64,000 bases of DNA. It comes from an uncultured Ruminococcus sp. Its GTDB lineage: Bacteria > Bacillota > Clostridia > Oscillospirales > Ruminococcaceae. The notes under the pieces were generated by a model. It had not been told where the DNA came from. It made no database searches and was given only the letters and a program-made list of their open reading frames with translations. The translations under genes and the position numbers were made by a program. The stretch lies in NCBI GenBank assembly GCA_934474025.1, contig CAKSMF010000003.1, positions 110,254-174,253 of the forward strand. Reading direction: 5' to 3'. This document shows positions 19,283 through 30,378 of the stretch, piece after piece (position 1 is the stretch's first letter; every line of letters starts with the position of its first letter).

Positions 19283-21613
19283 ATGGCAGTAGAGCATATT
19301 CCAATTAAAAATTTGAAATTCCGAGCAAGAGTCGTAATGACACTGGTCTTTTTTCTGCTGTTTCTTGTGGTTGCAATAAATTTTTTTCATATCTCTGTAA
19401 CCCAAAATGAAAAATATCAGGAAATGGCTAATGACCAGCATTTCGGCTCTATACTTATTTCAGCACACAGAGGTTCAATATATGATTCCAAAGGGGCAAC
19501 CCTTGCAAAAAGTGCCTCTGTTTATAAAGTTTTTCTTGACCCAAGTCAGTTTAAAAAAGAACTCGAATCCCTACAGGAATCAATAGACAGCAGAAACAAA
19601 AAAAAGCTTGACGGAAATTACACCCCTGAATATGATGAGGACGGCAATGAAATCAATCCACTTCCTGAATCATCAGAAATTTTTAAGACAGAAGCTATAG
19701 CTTTTCTTTCAGAAAAACTTGGGGTAACATCTGAAAAAGTCGAAAAAGCTATGGAAGCAAATAATCAGTACAGCATTTTACAAGACCAGGTGGAAAAACC
19801 GATTGCTGATGAAGTCCTTGCTTTTTTCAATAAATATGGTCTTATTTCGATTAATGTTGAGGAAGATACAAAAAGATACTATCCGCATAATGAACTTGCT
19901 GCATCGGTAATAGGTTTTACATCATCAGGCGGTGAAGGTATGTATGGTGTTGAAGCATATTATGATGACTATTTAGCAGGTGTTGATGGTAAAACTATTT
20001 CTGCCAAGGATTCAAACGGAAATGAACTTCCTTATAGATATTCAAAAACTTATTCTGCTAAAAACGGCGATGATGTGTATCTTACAATAGATTCTGATAT
20101 ACAGTATTGTCTTGAAAAACACCTTTCTGAAATGGTAAGTCAGTTTGAAGTCAAAAACCGTGCCTGTGCAATTCTTATGAATGTTAAGACGGGTGCAATT
20201 TATGGTATGGCTACAAATCCGAGTTTTGACCTCAATGAACCTTATGAAGTCGCCGACCCAGTGGCAATTGAAAGAATTTCAAAACTTACGGGAGATGCTG
20301 CTACAAAAGCTACTGCTGAAGCCCGTGAAGCACAATGGAAAAACAAATGCATAACAGAAATATATGAACCAGGTTCAGTTTTTAAAGTAATAACAAGTGC
20401 ATCAGCCATTGAAGAAAATTTAATAAATCTGGAAAATGATTCGTTTTATTGTTCCGGTTCAGTAACAATTGCCGGAGCTGAACCTATTCACTGTCATGAC
20501 TGGAGCGGTCATGGTTCGCAGACTTTCCAGCAGGCACTTACTAACTCATGTAATCCGGCTTTCATGGAAATAGGCAGTCGTTTAGGTATACAAAAATTCT
20601 GCTATTACTATGAAGCTTTCGGTCTTAAAGAACGCACTGGTATAGATTTGCCGGCAGAGGGTGTGGGAATAGGTTTTGAAGCAGAAGATATGTCAGAAGT
20701 AGACCTTGCTGTAAGTGCTTTCGGACAGGGTGTTACACTTACTCCAATGGAAATGATTACTTCATATTGTGCTGCTATAAACGGCGGTTATCTGTTAGAA
20801 CCATATGTAGTTGACAAAGTAGTTGATGAAGACGGAAATATAGTTTTCAAAAACGAAAGAACAGTTCGCAGACAGGTTGTATCAGAAGACACTTCCGAAA
20901 AGATTCGCACAGCACTTGGAAGAGTTGTTAGTGACAATAACGGCGGTAACGTTACAATCAAAGGTTATTCAATAGGCGGAAAATCTGGTACTTCAGAAAG
21001 ACTTAGCCTTGATAAAGATGAATATGGTGCATCTTATGTATGTTTTACACCAGTTGAAGATCCTGAAATAATTTTATTGGTTCTTGCCGATATGCCTAAC
21101 GCTGAAATAGGTTATTACGGAAGTCAGGTCGCAGTACCTACTGCAAGACATATTCTTGAAGATATTCTTCCATATCTTGGATATTATCCTGAGTATACAG
21201 ATGATGAAGTAGAAAACCTTGATGTAAAAATTCCTCTCTTAGAGGGTTCTATAAATGACGCTAAAGCAACTCTTGACGGTCTTGGTGTAAATTATGAAGT
21301 TATAGGAAACGGTATTGAAGTTGTTGCACAGTCACCGCAAACGGGTTCTTCTGTATCACAGGACGGTTGCGTTTATCTTTACACCGAAAAGGGAAATACT
21401 GTTGAATATACAACTGTTCCCGATTTGATGTATGCTTCCCCAGATGTTGCCAATGAATCTATAACGTATTGTCAACTTAACTATGTTGCGAAAGGTGCTT
21501 CCGTAAAAAGAAGCAATGCAGTTGTAAGCAGTCAGTCTATTCCGGCTGGTACAAGAGTTCCGGTAGGTACTACTATTGAACTGGAATTTATTATAAATGC
21601 TAATCAGGATTAA
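19283..21613 (+). CDS. class B penicillin-binding protein (FtsI/SpoVD family) with C-terminal PASTA domains
   Basis: SVFK (SxxK), SCN (SxN) and KSGT (KTG-like) motifs; 776 aa; PBP dimerisation domain plus PASTA repeats. Confidence 0.9.
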   Translation: MAVEHIPIKNLKFRARVVMTLVFFLLFLVVAINFFHISVTQNEKYQEMANDQHFGSILISAHRGSIYDSKGATLAKSASVYKVFLDPSQFKKELESLQESIDSRNKKKLDGNYTPEYDEDGNEINPLPESSEIFKTEAIAFLSEKLGVTSEKVEKAMEANNQYSILQDQVEKPIADEVLAFFNKYGLISINVEEDTKRYYPHNELAASVIGFTSSGGEGMYGVEAYYDDYLAGVDGKTISAKDSNGNELPYRYSKTYSAKNGDDVYLTIDSDIQYCLEKHLSEMVSQFEVKNRACAILMNVKTGAIYGMATNPSFDLNEPYEVADPVAIERISKLTGDAATKATAEAREAQWKNKCITEIYEPGSVFKVITSASAIEENLINLENDSFYCSGSVTIAGAEPIHCHDWSGHGSQTFQQALTNSCNPAFMEIGSRLGIQKFCYYYEAFGLKERTGIDLPAEGVGIGFEAEDMSEVDLAVSAFGQGVTLTPMEMITSYCAAINGGYLLEPYVVDKVVDEDGNIVFKNERTVRRQVVSEDTSEKIRTALGRVVSDNNGGNVTIKGYSIGGKSGTSERLSLDKDEYGASYVCFTPVEDPEIILLVLADMPNAEIGYYGSQVAVPTARHILEDILPYLGYYPEYTDDEVENLDVKIPLLEGSINDAKATLDGLGVNYEVIGNGIEVVAQSPQTGSSVSQDGCVYLYTEKGNTVEYTTVPDLMYASPDVANESITYCQLNYVAKGASVKRSNAVVSSQSIPAGTRVPVGTTIELEFIINANQD

Positions 21614-21634
21614 CTTGGAGGTGGATTTATTAAC

Positions 21635-23065
21635 ATGAAACTTAATGAATTAATTGAAAACTATTCGGGAAGTCTTTCGGAATATGATATTACTTCCATA
21701 ACAGATGATACCCGAAAGGTTGAAAAAGGCAGTTTGTTTTTCTGTGTAAAGGGTGAAAATTTTGACGGTCATACAGTTGCAGGCAATATGCTTGAAAAAG
21801 GTGCTGTAGCAGTAGTTTGTGAACATGATTTAGGTTTAGGAGAACGCCAGATTATTACGGATAACACACGCTGTCTTTATGGAAAAGCTTGTTCCGCATG
21901 GTTCGGTCACCCTGAAAGAAAACTCAGAATGATAGGAGTTACAGGAACTAACGGAAAAACTACTACAACAAACATTATTAAGCATATTCTTATGCAGAGC
22001 GGTTTCAAAACCGGTCTTATAGGAACTATTCAAAATGAAATAGGTGATGAAGTTTTTCATACGGATAACACAACACCATTTGCCTATGATTTCATGGCAT
22101 TGCTTGACAAAATGGTAAAAGAAAATTGTGAATATGTTGTCATGGAAGTGTCATCTTTCGGTCTTGTTCAGAACAGAATAGGTTCTTCACACTTTGATGT
22201 TGCATTGTTTACAAATCTTACACAAGACCATCTTGACTATCACAAAAATATGGAAGATTATTATCAGGCTAAAAAACTCCTTTTCGGTATGTGTGATAAT
22301 GCGATTTGCAATATTGATGATGATTACGGAAAGCGTTTATATAATGAAATTACTTGTCCTAAATTTTCGTTCAGCATAGAATCAAAATCGGATTTCCGTG
22401 CTGAAAATATCTGCATAAAAGCCAATGGTTCAACATTTGACTTGTTATATAATGGAAAATCTTATCCCATTAAAACCAATATGACCGGACTTTTTAATAT
22501 TTCAAATATCCTCGGTGCAATTGCAATATGTCTTACAGAAGGTATAGCTATTGATGAAATTATATCAGCTGTACAGAATTATTCAGGAGTTAAAGGTCGC
22601 TGTGAAATAATTCCTACAGGTAAAGATTTTACAGTTATATGCGATTATGCACACACTCCGGACGCAATCGAAAACGTTCTGAAAACCCTTAAACCGTATG
22701 CCGAAAACCGTCTTATATGTCTTTTTGGTTGCGGAGGTAACAGAGATTCAGCAAAACGTCCTAAAATGGCGGTTGCTTCTGCTAAGTATGCAGATAAGAT
22801 AATAGTTACATCAGATAATCCACGTAACGAAAATCCAGAAGAAATTATAAAAGAAATACTTACTGGTCTTGAAAATTCCGCTGTATCGTATGATGTTGTG
22901 ACCGACAGAAGAGAGGCTATTTATCATGCCTTGAAAATCGCTGAAAAAGGTGATATAATAGTACTTGCCGGAAAAGGTCATGAAGATTATCAGATACTTG
23001 AAAATAACAGGCATATTCACTTTGATGAGCGTGAAGTTGTGGCTGACGGTCTTAAACTTCTCTAA
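21635..23065 (+). CDS. murE: UDP-N-acetylmuramoyl-L-alanyl-D-glutamate--2,6-diaminopimelate ligase
   Basis: GVTGTNGKTTTT P-loop; Mur ligase family; position after the PBP gene. Confidence 0.9.
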   Translation: MKLNELIENYSGSLSEYDITSITDDTRKVEKGSLFFCVKGENFDGHTVAGNMLEKGAVAVVCEHDLGLGERQIITDNTRCLYGKACSAWFGHPERKLRMIGVTGTNGKTTTTNIIKHILMQSGFKTGLIGTIQNEIGDEVFHTDNTTPFAYDFMALLDKMVKENCEYVVMEVSSFGLVQNRIGSSHFDVALFTNLTQDHLDYHKNMEDYYQAKKLLFGMCDNAICNIDDDYGKRLYNEITCPKFSFSIESKSDFRAENICIKANGSTFDLLYNGKSYPIKTNMTGLFNISNILGAIAICLTEGIAIDEIISAVQNYSGVKGRCEIIPTGKDFTVICDYAHTPDAIENVLKTLKPYAENRLICLFGCGGNRDSAKRPKMAVASAKYADKIIVTSDNPRNENPEEIIKEILTGLENSAVSYDVVTDRREAIYHALKIAEKGDIIVLAGKGHEDYQILENNRHIHFDEREVVADGLKLL

Positions 23066-23100
23066 CCATCGGAAATAATCAACATTGGAGTTGTTATAAA

Positions 23101-24144
23101 ATGTCATTTTGGATAATAAATTTACTTACAGCACTGTTATCATTTCTGATAGCATCAATATCAGGATTTAAGGTAGTACCGTTTCTACATAAACTGAAAT
23201 TTGGTCAGCCTATCAAAACTAAGGACGGTCCTCAATGGCACGCTAAAAAACAGGGAACTCCCACAATGGGTGGTTTTATGTTTATCGTGTCAACAATAAT
23301 TACTGCAATAGCTGGCTACTGGCTTTATAGACTTCGTGGCGGTATAGATATGACAAATCCTGAAAATCATTATTCATTCTATCGTTTGCTTACGTGTATT
23401 GTTTTTTCTGCACTGTTCGGACTTATTGGTTTTATAGATGATTTTATCAAGGTTTCACGAAAAAATAATGATGGTCTTACCCCTATTCAGAAAATCATAT
23501 TACAGGTAATATTTGCAGTCGGATTTCTTTTTGCTCTTAATAAGTTTGGTGATACATCTACAATCATTGATTTAGGATTCTGGAAGTCTCCTTCTCTGGG
23601 AATATTCTATTATCTGCTTATGATACCAGTAATTATTTATCTTACAAATGCCGTTAACCTTACTGACGGTGTTGACGGTCTTTGCGGTTCAGTAACGTTT
23701 ATTGCTATGCTTATTTTTACAATAGCGTGTTCAATACTCAAACAGAACGAAATTTCATATTTTACAATGGCACTTGCCGGAGGTTGTCTTGGTTTTCTTC
23801 TTTGGAATCTCAATCCGGCTAAATGCTTTATGGGTGATACCGGTTCAATGTTTTTAGGTGCATCTGTAACGGCAGTTGGTCTTATACTTCATAATCATCT
23901 GTTGTTGCTGTTGGTTGCAATGGTTTATATACTGGAAGCACTTTCAGTTGTTATACAGGTAAGCTATTTTAAATACACTAAAAAACACAGTCCCGACCAT
24001 CAGGGAAAAAGAATTTTCAAGATGACTCCCATTCACCATCATTTTGAAATGAGCGGTTTCGGTGAATATGATATAGTTATCACTTTTTCACTTGCCGGAA
24101 TTATTTTCGGAATACTGGGAATAATTTCATTGCTTGTATTCTGA
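23101..24144 (+). CDS. mraY: phospho-N-acetylmuramoyl-pentapeptide-transferase
   Basis: polytopic membrane protein with NLTDGVDGL and MGDTGS motifs. Confidence 0.9.
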   Translation: MSFWIINLLTALLSFLIASISGFKVVPFLHKLKFGQPIKTKDGPQWHAKKQGTPTMGGFMFIVSTIITAIAGYWLYRLRGGIDMTNPENHYSFYRLLTCIVFSALFGLIGFIDDFIKVSRKNNDGLTPIQKIILQVIFAVGFLFALNKFGDTSTIIDLGFWKSPSLGIFYYLLMIPVIIYLTNAVNLTDGVDGLCGSVTFIAMLIFTIACSILKQNEISYFTMALAGGCLGFLLWNLNPAKCFMGDTGSMFLGASVTAVGLILHNHLLLLLVAMVYILEALSVVIQVSYFKYTKKHSPDHQGKRIFKMTPIHHHFEMSGFGEYDIVITFSLAGIIFGILGIISLLVF

Positions 24145-24188
24145 AAAAGTATTATGCTTTATATTCATAACACGTGAGGGAGGATTCA

Positions 24189-25427
24189 ATGGGAACACGC
24201 AGAAAAAAGAAAAATTCAGCCGGACTTTTTGAAACTTTCGTAGGCGACAGCAAACAAAGTGATATGAGTTTGTCCTTTTTTGCCTATGTAATGATACTGT
24301 TGGTTGTCGGACTTGTTATGATGTCATCGGCAAGTTATGCGTGGGCTTACAGTGAACATGACGGTGACGGTTTATATTATGCAAAGGCTCAGCTTAAAAA
24401 TGCAGTTATAGGCTTTGTGGCAATGATATTCTTCATGAAAATGGATTATCATAATTTTAAAAAAATAAAACTTCCTTTTTTGAAAAAATTAAATATTCCT
24501 GCACTGTTGTATGTGGTCGGAGTTATACTTCTTATACTTGTTCTTGCAATCGGTAATGATGAAGGCGGTTCAATGGGAGCTAAAAGATGGCTTGATATAG
24601 GTCCTATAAACCTTCAGCCGTCAGAAGTCGCAAAACTTGCTATTATTATATTTTTTGCTTACAGTATGGAAAAAGACGGCAAGTACATGAATACTTTTAA
24701 AATAGGTATTCTGAAATATGTTCTGCTTATGGGAATTTATGCGGGATTATTGTATTTTGAACCTCATCTTTCCGGTATTATACTTATTGGCAGTATTTCA
24801 ATAGCTATGATTCTTTGCGGAGGTGCAAACAAAAAACAGTTTCTTATGCTTGGTATAGGAGCTATTATTGTTGGTGCATCTGTAATTGGCTATCAGGCAT
24901 CTATTCCGGGAAGCTACGTTTCAACCCGTATAAAATCATGGCGTGACCCTTTTGCGGATGTTCTGAATGATACATGGCAGACAGCAAATTCACTTATTGC
25001 AATAGGTTCAGGAGGGCTTTTCGGTCTTGGTCTTGGTAACTCCAGACAAAAATATCTGTATCTTCCGGAAACTAAAAACGATTTTGTTTTTCCGATTGTA
25101 TGTGAAGAACTTGGATTTGTAGGAGCATTAGCTATAATAATAGTATTCTTTTTGCTTGTTGTGGAAGGTTTTTCTATTGCTTCACGTTGCAAAGACCGTT
25201 TCGGAATGCTTATAGCTGTAGGTATTACAACACAAATAGGTATTCAGACTGTTATTAATCTTGCCGTTGTAAGTAACCTTGCTCCTAATACCGGTATCAG
25301 TTTGCCGTTTTTTAGTTACGGAGGTACAGCACTTATAATGCAGTTGGCAGAAATGGGCATAATGCTGAACATTTCTCAACATAGATACTATACTAAAGAA
25401 AAGCCACGGGCAATAGAAAGGGAGTAA
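24189..25427 (+). CDS. ftsW: peptidoglycan glycosyltransferase FtsW/SpoVE (SEDS family)
   Basis: SEDS family 10-TM protein; start moved to ATG 24189, which has a GGGAGGA RBS (track start is a GTG). Confidence 0.85.
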   Translation: MGTRRKKKNSAGLFETFVGDSKQSDMSLSFFAYVMILLVVGLVMMSSASYAWAYSEHDGDGLYYAKAQLKNAVIGFVAMIFFMKMDYHNFKKIKLPFLKKLNIPALLYVVGVILLILVLAIGNDEGGSMGAKRWLDIGPINLQPSEVAKLAIIIFFAYSMEKDGKYMNTFKIGILKYVLLMGIYAGLLYFEPHLSGIILIGSISIAMILCGGANKKQFLMLGIGAIIVGASVIGYQASIPGSYVSTRIKSWRDPFADVLNDTWQTANSLIAIGSGGLFGLGLGNSRQKYLYLPETKNDFVFPIVCEELGFVGALAIIIVFFLLVVEGFSIASRCKDRFGMLIAVGITTQIGIQTVINLAVVSNLAPNTGISLPFFSYGGTALIMQLAEMGIMLNISQHRYYTKEKPRAIERE

Positions 25428-25435
25428 TTTGTATT

Positions 25436-26569
25436 ATGAAAGTTCTGATATCGTGCGGAGGTACGGGAGGACATATAAATCCTGCACTTGCAATAGCAGA
25501 TATAATAAAATCAAAATACCCTGATGCAGAGTTTCTTTTTGTTGGGACTCCTAATGGTATGGAATCCAAACTTGTTCCGAAAGCAGGATACAAAATGGAA
25601 ACTATCAAAGCAGCAGGTTTTCAAAGAAAAATATCATTGGAAAACATTAAGCGTAACATTAAAGCAGCCACATATTTGGCAATGTCCGGAAAGCGTGCAA
25701 AGGAAATTATAACAAATTTCAATCCGGATATTGCAATAGGTACAGGAGGATATGCTTCCGGTGCGGTTATCAGAAAAGCTGCTCGAATGGGTATTCCGTC
25801 AGCAATACATGAACAAAATGCATATCCTGGAGTTACAAATAAACTTCTTGCAAAAGAAGTTGATTATGTAATGCTTACTGTTATAGAAGCCCTTGATTTT
25901 ATGGGCAATGAAAAATTTGAATACAGTGTTACAGGACTTCCGGTGAGAAGCAACATAAACAATATTACTCGTGATGAGGCAAGGAAAAAACTTGGTTTCA
26001 ATAATGACTTTACTATTCTGTCATTCGGAGGAAGTCTCGGAGCAGGTTGTATTAATGATACAATGTCCGAAACTATCAAATGGCACACTAAAAATCACCT
26101 TAATATAAATCATATCCATGGATATGGCGGTATGGGCAAGGATACATTCCCGCAGGAAATGAAAAAGGCTGGTATTCCGCTTAAAAGCAATCGCCTTAGA
26201 ATTACTGAATACATAAACGATATGGACGTATGCCTTGCCGCTGCTGATTTGGTAATATGCCGTTCCGGAGCGTCAACTCTTGCTGAACTTGAAGCATCTG
26301 CAAAAGCTTCTATACTGATTCCGTCACCGATAGTGGCAGGAAATCATCAGTATCATAATTCTATGGTTCTTGGAAAAGCCGGTGCATCTGTTGTAATTGA
26401 ACAGAAAGATGTCACCAATGAAAAAATAATTTCTGAAATCGAAAAGCTTTACAATAATCCCAAAAAAGTTAAAATAATGTCATATAATGCCGGAAAACTT
26501 CATCTTAAAGATACTGATAAACGTATTCTTGACGTTATTGATAAGCTATACGAAAAATCAAAAAAGTAA
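25436..26569 (+). CDS. murG: UDP-N-acetylglucosamine--N-acetylmuramyl-(pentapeptide) pyrophosphoryl-undecaprenol N-acetylglucosamine transferase
   Basis: GGTGGH N-terminal motif; GT28 architecture. Confidence 0.9.
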   Translation: MKVLISCGGTGGHINPALAIADIIKSKYPDAEFLFVGTPNGMESKLVPKAGYKMETIKAAGFQRKISLENIKRNIKAATYLAMSGKRAKEIITNFNPDIAIGTGGYASGAVIRKAARMGIPSAIHEQNAYPGVTNKLLAKEVDYVMLTVIEALDFMGNEKFEYSVTGLPVRSNINNITRDEARKKLGFNNDFTILSFGGSLGAGCINDTMSETIKWHTKNHLNINHIHGYGGMGKDTFPQEMKKAGIPLKSNRLRITEYINDMDVCLAAADLVICRSGASTLAELEASAKASILIPSPIVAGNHQYHNSMVLGKAGASVVIEQKDVTNEKIISEIEKLYNNPKKVKIMSYNAGKLHLKDTDKRILDVIDKLYEKSKK

Positions 26570-26620
26570 CAAAAAGTCACTTTACTGCATAATATACAAA
26601 AAATGCTGTGAGGTGGTATA

Positions 26621-27880
26621 ATGCAAAAGCTGATAGTAAACGGCGGTAAGCGTCTCAGAGGAGAATTGAAGTTACAGGGCAGTAAAAACAGCAGTCTGCC
26701 AATTATGGCAAGCTCTATTCTGTGCGGTGAAGAATCTGTTATTAATAATTGTCCGGAACTTACAGACATATATTCAGCATCAAGAATACTTAACTGTCTT
26801 GGCTGTAAATGCAGATTTTCCAATAACACGGCTGTTATAGATTCTGCTGATGTGAATGTTACTGAAATTCCTGAAAAACTTATGCGTGAAATGCGTTCAT
26901 CAATAATCTTTATGGGAGCTATTTTAGGCAGAACAGGCGAATGCACAGTAAGTATGCCCGGAGGTTGTGAACTCGGTTCACGTCCTATTGATATGCATAT
27001 TTCGGCAATGAAAAAAATGGGCATTGATATAAAAGAAAGTTATGGTAAAATTATTTGCCGTGCTACTTCCGGAAAAGCTCACGGTGCTAAAATATCATTG
27101 CCGTTTCCGTCTGTGGGAGCAACTGAAAATATTATTTTGTGTGCCGTTACCGCAGATGGCGAAACAATTATAAATAATTCTGCCCGTGAACCTGAAATAT
27201 GCGATTTATGCAATTTTCTGCGAAAGTGCGGGGCTGATATTTCTGGAGACGGTGAAAGCAGAATTGTTATCAGAGGAAAAAATAAATTGCATGGTTGTAC
27301 TTACAGAATTATGCCCGACAGAATAGCAGGTGCAACTTATCTTGCTATGACTGCTTCAACAGGCGGTGAAATTATACTTACAGATGCCTGTGTTTCTGAC
27401 ATTGAACCTTTTATATCCGTGCTTGAACAAACCGGTTGCAGTATAACTTCCTATGATGACAAAATTTATCTCCGGAGCGGTTCACGTCTTAAAGCGGTCA
27501 GGGAAAGAATTCGTACAATGCCACACCCAGGATTTCCTACAGATGCACAGGCGGTGCTTATGTCAGCTCTTGCTATAGCGGACGGTACGAGCGTTTTTGA
27601 AGAAAATATCTTCGATTGCCGATACAGACACACTGATGCTCTTGTGAAAATGGGGGCAGATATTCAGGTACTCGGCAAGATAGCAGTGGTAAAAGGAGTT
27701 CCCGCACTTTATGGTGCTAACATACAGGCAACTGATTTGCGTGGCGGTGCTTCAATGGTTATTGCTACTCTTTCGGCAGAGGGAACTTCCGAAATATCAG
27801 GAGTTTTTCACATTGACAGAGGTTACGAAAAAATAGAAAATGCAGTAGGACTTTTGGGCGGTGATATTCGCAGAGTCTGA
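26621..27880 (+). CDS. murA: UDP-N-acetylglucosamine 1-carboxyvinyltransferase
   Basis: LKLQGSKNSSLPIMAS N-terminus and active-site Cys loop; 419 aa. Confidence 0.9.
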   Translation: MQKLIVNGGKRLRGELKLQGSKNSSLPIMASSILCGEESVINNCPELTDIYSASRILNCLGCKCRFSNNTAVIDSADVNVTEIPEKLMREMRSSIIFMGAILGRTGECTVSMPGGCELGSRPIDMHISAMKKMGIDIKESYGKIICRATSGKAHGAKISLPFPSVGATENIILCAVTADGETIINNSAREPEICDLCNFLRKCGADISGDGESRIVIRGKNKLHGCTYRIMPDRIAGATYLAMTASTGGEIILTDACVSDIEPFISVLEQTGCSITSYDDKIYLRSGSRLKAVRERIRTMPHPGFPTDAQAVLMSALAIADGTSVFEENIFDCRYRHTDALVKMGADIQVLGKIAVVKGVPALYGANIQATDLRGGASMVIATLSAEGTSEISGVFHIDRGYEKIENAVGLLGGDIRRV

Positions 27881-27895
27881 TTTTATGGAGTAAAT

Positions 27896-28954
27896 ATGAA
27901 GGATATTGATAAATATACCATTGACAGAAAAAACAGCGGTAAACGCAACAGACGCAGACAGCGAAGAATGAATTTTTATATTATGGCTGTTATTGTTCTG
28001 GTTGTTATAATAGGTATATCTATGAGTTGTACTTTTCTGTTTAATATTGAAAACAGAGTTGTTATAATTGTTTCGGGTGACCCCGGCGATTCTCAGGAAG
28101 AGGCTCAACGCAAGGGTGATGAGGTTGCGGAACATTCCGGCATATATAAAGGTGATAATCTTTTACGTGTTGATACTAAAAAAAGTGCTGAAAAAATTCT
28201 TAATGAAGTTGCTTTTGTAGAAACAGCAGAAGTGAAAAGAAGTTTTCCGTCAACAATAGAAATAAGAGTTACTTATTGTGTTCCATCATTCAATATAGAA
28301 TATGACAACGGCGTGCTTGTAGTCAGTAAAATGGGAAAAATTCTCGAAAATAACAGCTTTTTAACAGACGGTCTGCCAACTATATATGGTATTGAACCTT
28401 CTGCCACTGAAAAAGGTAAAATGCTTGTTTCTGCAAATGAACATCAGAATGAGGCTCTTACAGAAATTATGTCAAGTGTTCCCGAAAACAGCGGTATATC
28501 TTCAATAGATATGAATGACGAATTCGGAATAGTTGTCAGTTATACAAATGGAACAGTTTTTAAAATGGGAAACTGGAATGATGCAGAATATAAATTTAAT
28601 CTTGCTCAGACCGTTATGAATGATGAATCGATAAACGGAAAAAAAGGTTATCTTACTATGATTGGCTCAAATCAGTGTACTTTCAGAACAAGCGATGAAC
28701 CTGTAGGAGTGCTTGGCAATGAACAGGCTTCCACTGTTACCGGCGAAAATCAGGAAAATTTAAATGGTGAGTCAAATCCGGAACAAGAGGCTATTTTCAG
28801 CGAATTTAATTCACGTGCAAATTCAGATAATACTAATACAGATGATTATTACAGTCAGGATTATGGAAATGATTATAATTCATATGATTACAATTACGAC
28901 TATAATTATGATTACAATAATGATGGTTTTAACTGGGGAAATGATGCGTGGTGA
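27896..28954 (+). CDS. ftsQ: cell division protein FtsQ/DivIB with a low-complexity D/Y/N-rich C-terminal tail
   Basis: basic cytoplasmic N-terminus, single TM, POTRA-like region; position between murA and ftsZ; tail DYNSYDYNYDYNYDYNNDGFNW. Confidence 0.7.
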   Translation: MKDIDKYTIDRKNSGKRNRRRQRRMNFYIMAVIVLVVIIGISMSCTFLFNIENRVVIIVSGDPGDSQEEAQRKGDEVAEHSGIYKGDNLLRVDTKKSAEKILNEVAFVETAEVKRSFPSTIEIRVTYCVPSFNIEYDNGVLVVSKMGKILENNSFLTDGLPTIYGIEPSATEKGKMLVSANEHQNEALTEIMSSVPENSGISSIDMNDEFGIVVSYTNGTVFKMGNWNDAEYKFNLAQTVMNDESINGKKGYLTMIGSNQCTFRTSDEPVGVLGNEQASTVTGENQENLNGESNPEQEAIFSEFNSRANSDNTNTDDYYSQDYGNDYNSYDYNYDYNYDYNNDGFNWGNDAW

Positions 28955-29131
28955 TAGCAATTTGCACAAATCACTTTGAAAATAAAAGGTTATATTGTCG
29001 CATTTGCAGAAAATAAAAAATCTTTTTCGGAGACTTGAAAAAAAGATGATATTATGGTAAAATAATAATTGTATTTAGTGTGTAATCAATCTTTGATATA
29101 AAATTCAGGATAAGCAATAGGAGGAGTTTAA

Positions 29132-30328
29132 ATGTCAGATTTCAATTACGAGGAAACACTTGAACCCGATGTTAACATTAAGGTAATAGGCGTAGGCGGT
29201 GGCGGTGGTAATGCCGTCAATTGTATGGTAGATTCGGGAGTAAATAATATAGAATATATTGCAATCAATACCGACGCTAAGGCTCTTAATAAATCTAAAG
29301 CTACTACAAGAATACCAATTGGTGCTAAGCTTACTAAGGGCAGAGGTGCGGGAAATAAACCTGAAATAGGTCAGCGTAGTGCTGAAGAAAACCGTGACGA
29401 AATCGAAACTCACCTTAAAGGTGCTGATATGATTTTTATTACTGCTGGTATGGGCGGTGGCACTGGTACAGGTGCAGCTCCTGTTGTCGCTAAAATTGCT
29501 AAGGAAATGGATATTCTTACTGTCGCAGTAGTAACAAAACCTTTCCTTTTTGAAAGAGAACAAAAAATGGCTCAGGCTGAAAGAGGTATAGCAGAACTTA
29601 AAAAGTATGTTGACTCCCTTATAGTTATTCCTAATGAAAAGCTTCTTGTAGGTCTTGATAAGCCACTTACAATGATGCAGTCTTTTGCACTTTCAGATGA
29701 CGTTCTTAAAACAGGTGTAAAGAGTATTTCTGACCTTATCGTTGAAGAAGGCTACATAAACCTTGACTTCGCAGACGTTTCTACAATCATGAAAGGTGCA
29801 GGCTATGCTCATATGGCTATCGGTCATGGTTCAGGCAAGGATAAGGCAAGAGATGCAGCAATGCAAGTTATTTCCAGCCCACTTCTTGAAACTTCCATTT
29901 CAGGTGCTAAGAGACTTCTTATTAATATCGCTATGTCAGAAGATATTCTTTCATCAGATGTTGATTCAGCAACAAAGATGATTACAGATACTGCTGCTGA
30001 AGGCGTTGAATTTATTTTTGGTACTGCTTTCAAGGAAGATATGCAGGACGAAATGGATATTACTGTTATTGCAGCAGGTTTTGACGGAATGGATAATGAA
30101 TATGATACTGAGGTAGAAGAGAAAAAGGAAGAAGTTGTTGAAAAGCCGGCACAGCCTGCAAAACAGGCATCACAGCCAACACCTTCTCCAGCTCCTGCAC
30201 CAAAGGAAAATCCTGTTCAGTATGATGACCCGCTTGTTCAAGGTCTTGGATTGAGTGGCGATTCAACAAGGTCAAAATCCTTTGATGAACCTGATTTAAA
30301 TGATATTTTTAAGATGCTTGGAAACTAA
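29132..30328 (+). CDS. ftsZ: cell division GTPase FtsZ
   Basis: [15 protein letters not shown] and [11 protein letters not shown] tubulin signature; AGGAGG RBS. Confidence 0.95.
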   Translation: MSDFNYEETLEPDVNIKVIGVGGGGGNAVNCMVDSGVNNIEYIAINTDAKALNKSKATTRIPIGAKLTKGRGAGNKPEIGQRSAEENRDEIETHLKGADMIFITAGMGGGTGTGAAPVVAKIAKEMDILTVAVVTKPFLFEREQKMAQAERGIAELKKYVDSLIVIPNEKLLVGLDKPLTMMQSFALSDDVLKTGVKSISDLIVEEGYINLDFADVSTIMKGAGYAHMAIGHGSGKDKARDAAMQVISSPLLETSISGAKRLLINIAMSEDILSSDVDSATKMITDTAAEGVEFIFGTAFKEDMQDEMDITVIAAGFDGMDNEYDTEVEEKKEEVVEKPAQPAKQASQPTPSPAPAPKENPVQYDDPLVQGLGLSGDSTRSKSFDEPDLNDIFKMLGN

Positions 30329-30336
30329 AATGATTA

Positions 30337-30378
30337 AAAACAGCTTTCCTTATGTTTAGGAGAGCTGTTTTTTGATTT
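30337..30378 (+). terminator. rho-independent terminator after ftsZ
   Basis: hairpin AACAGCTTTCCT...AGGAGAGCTGTT followed by TTTTGATTT. Confidence 0.5.
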
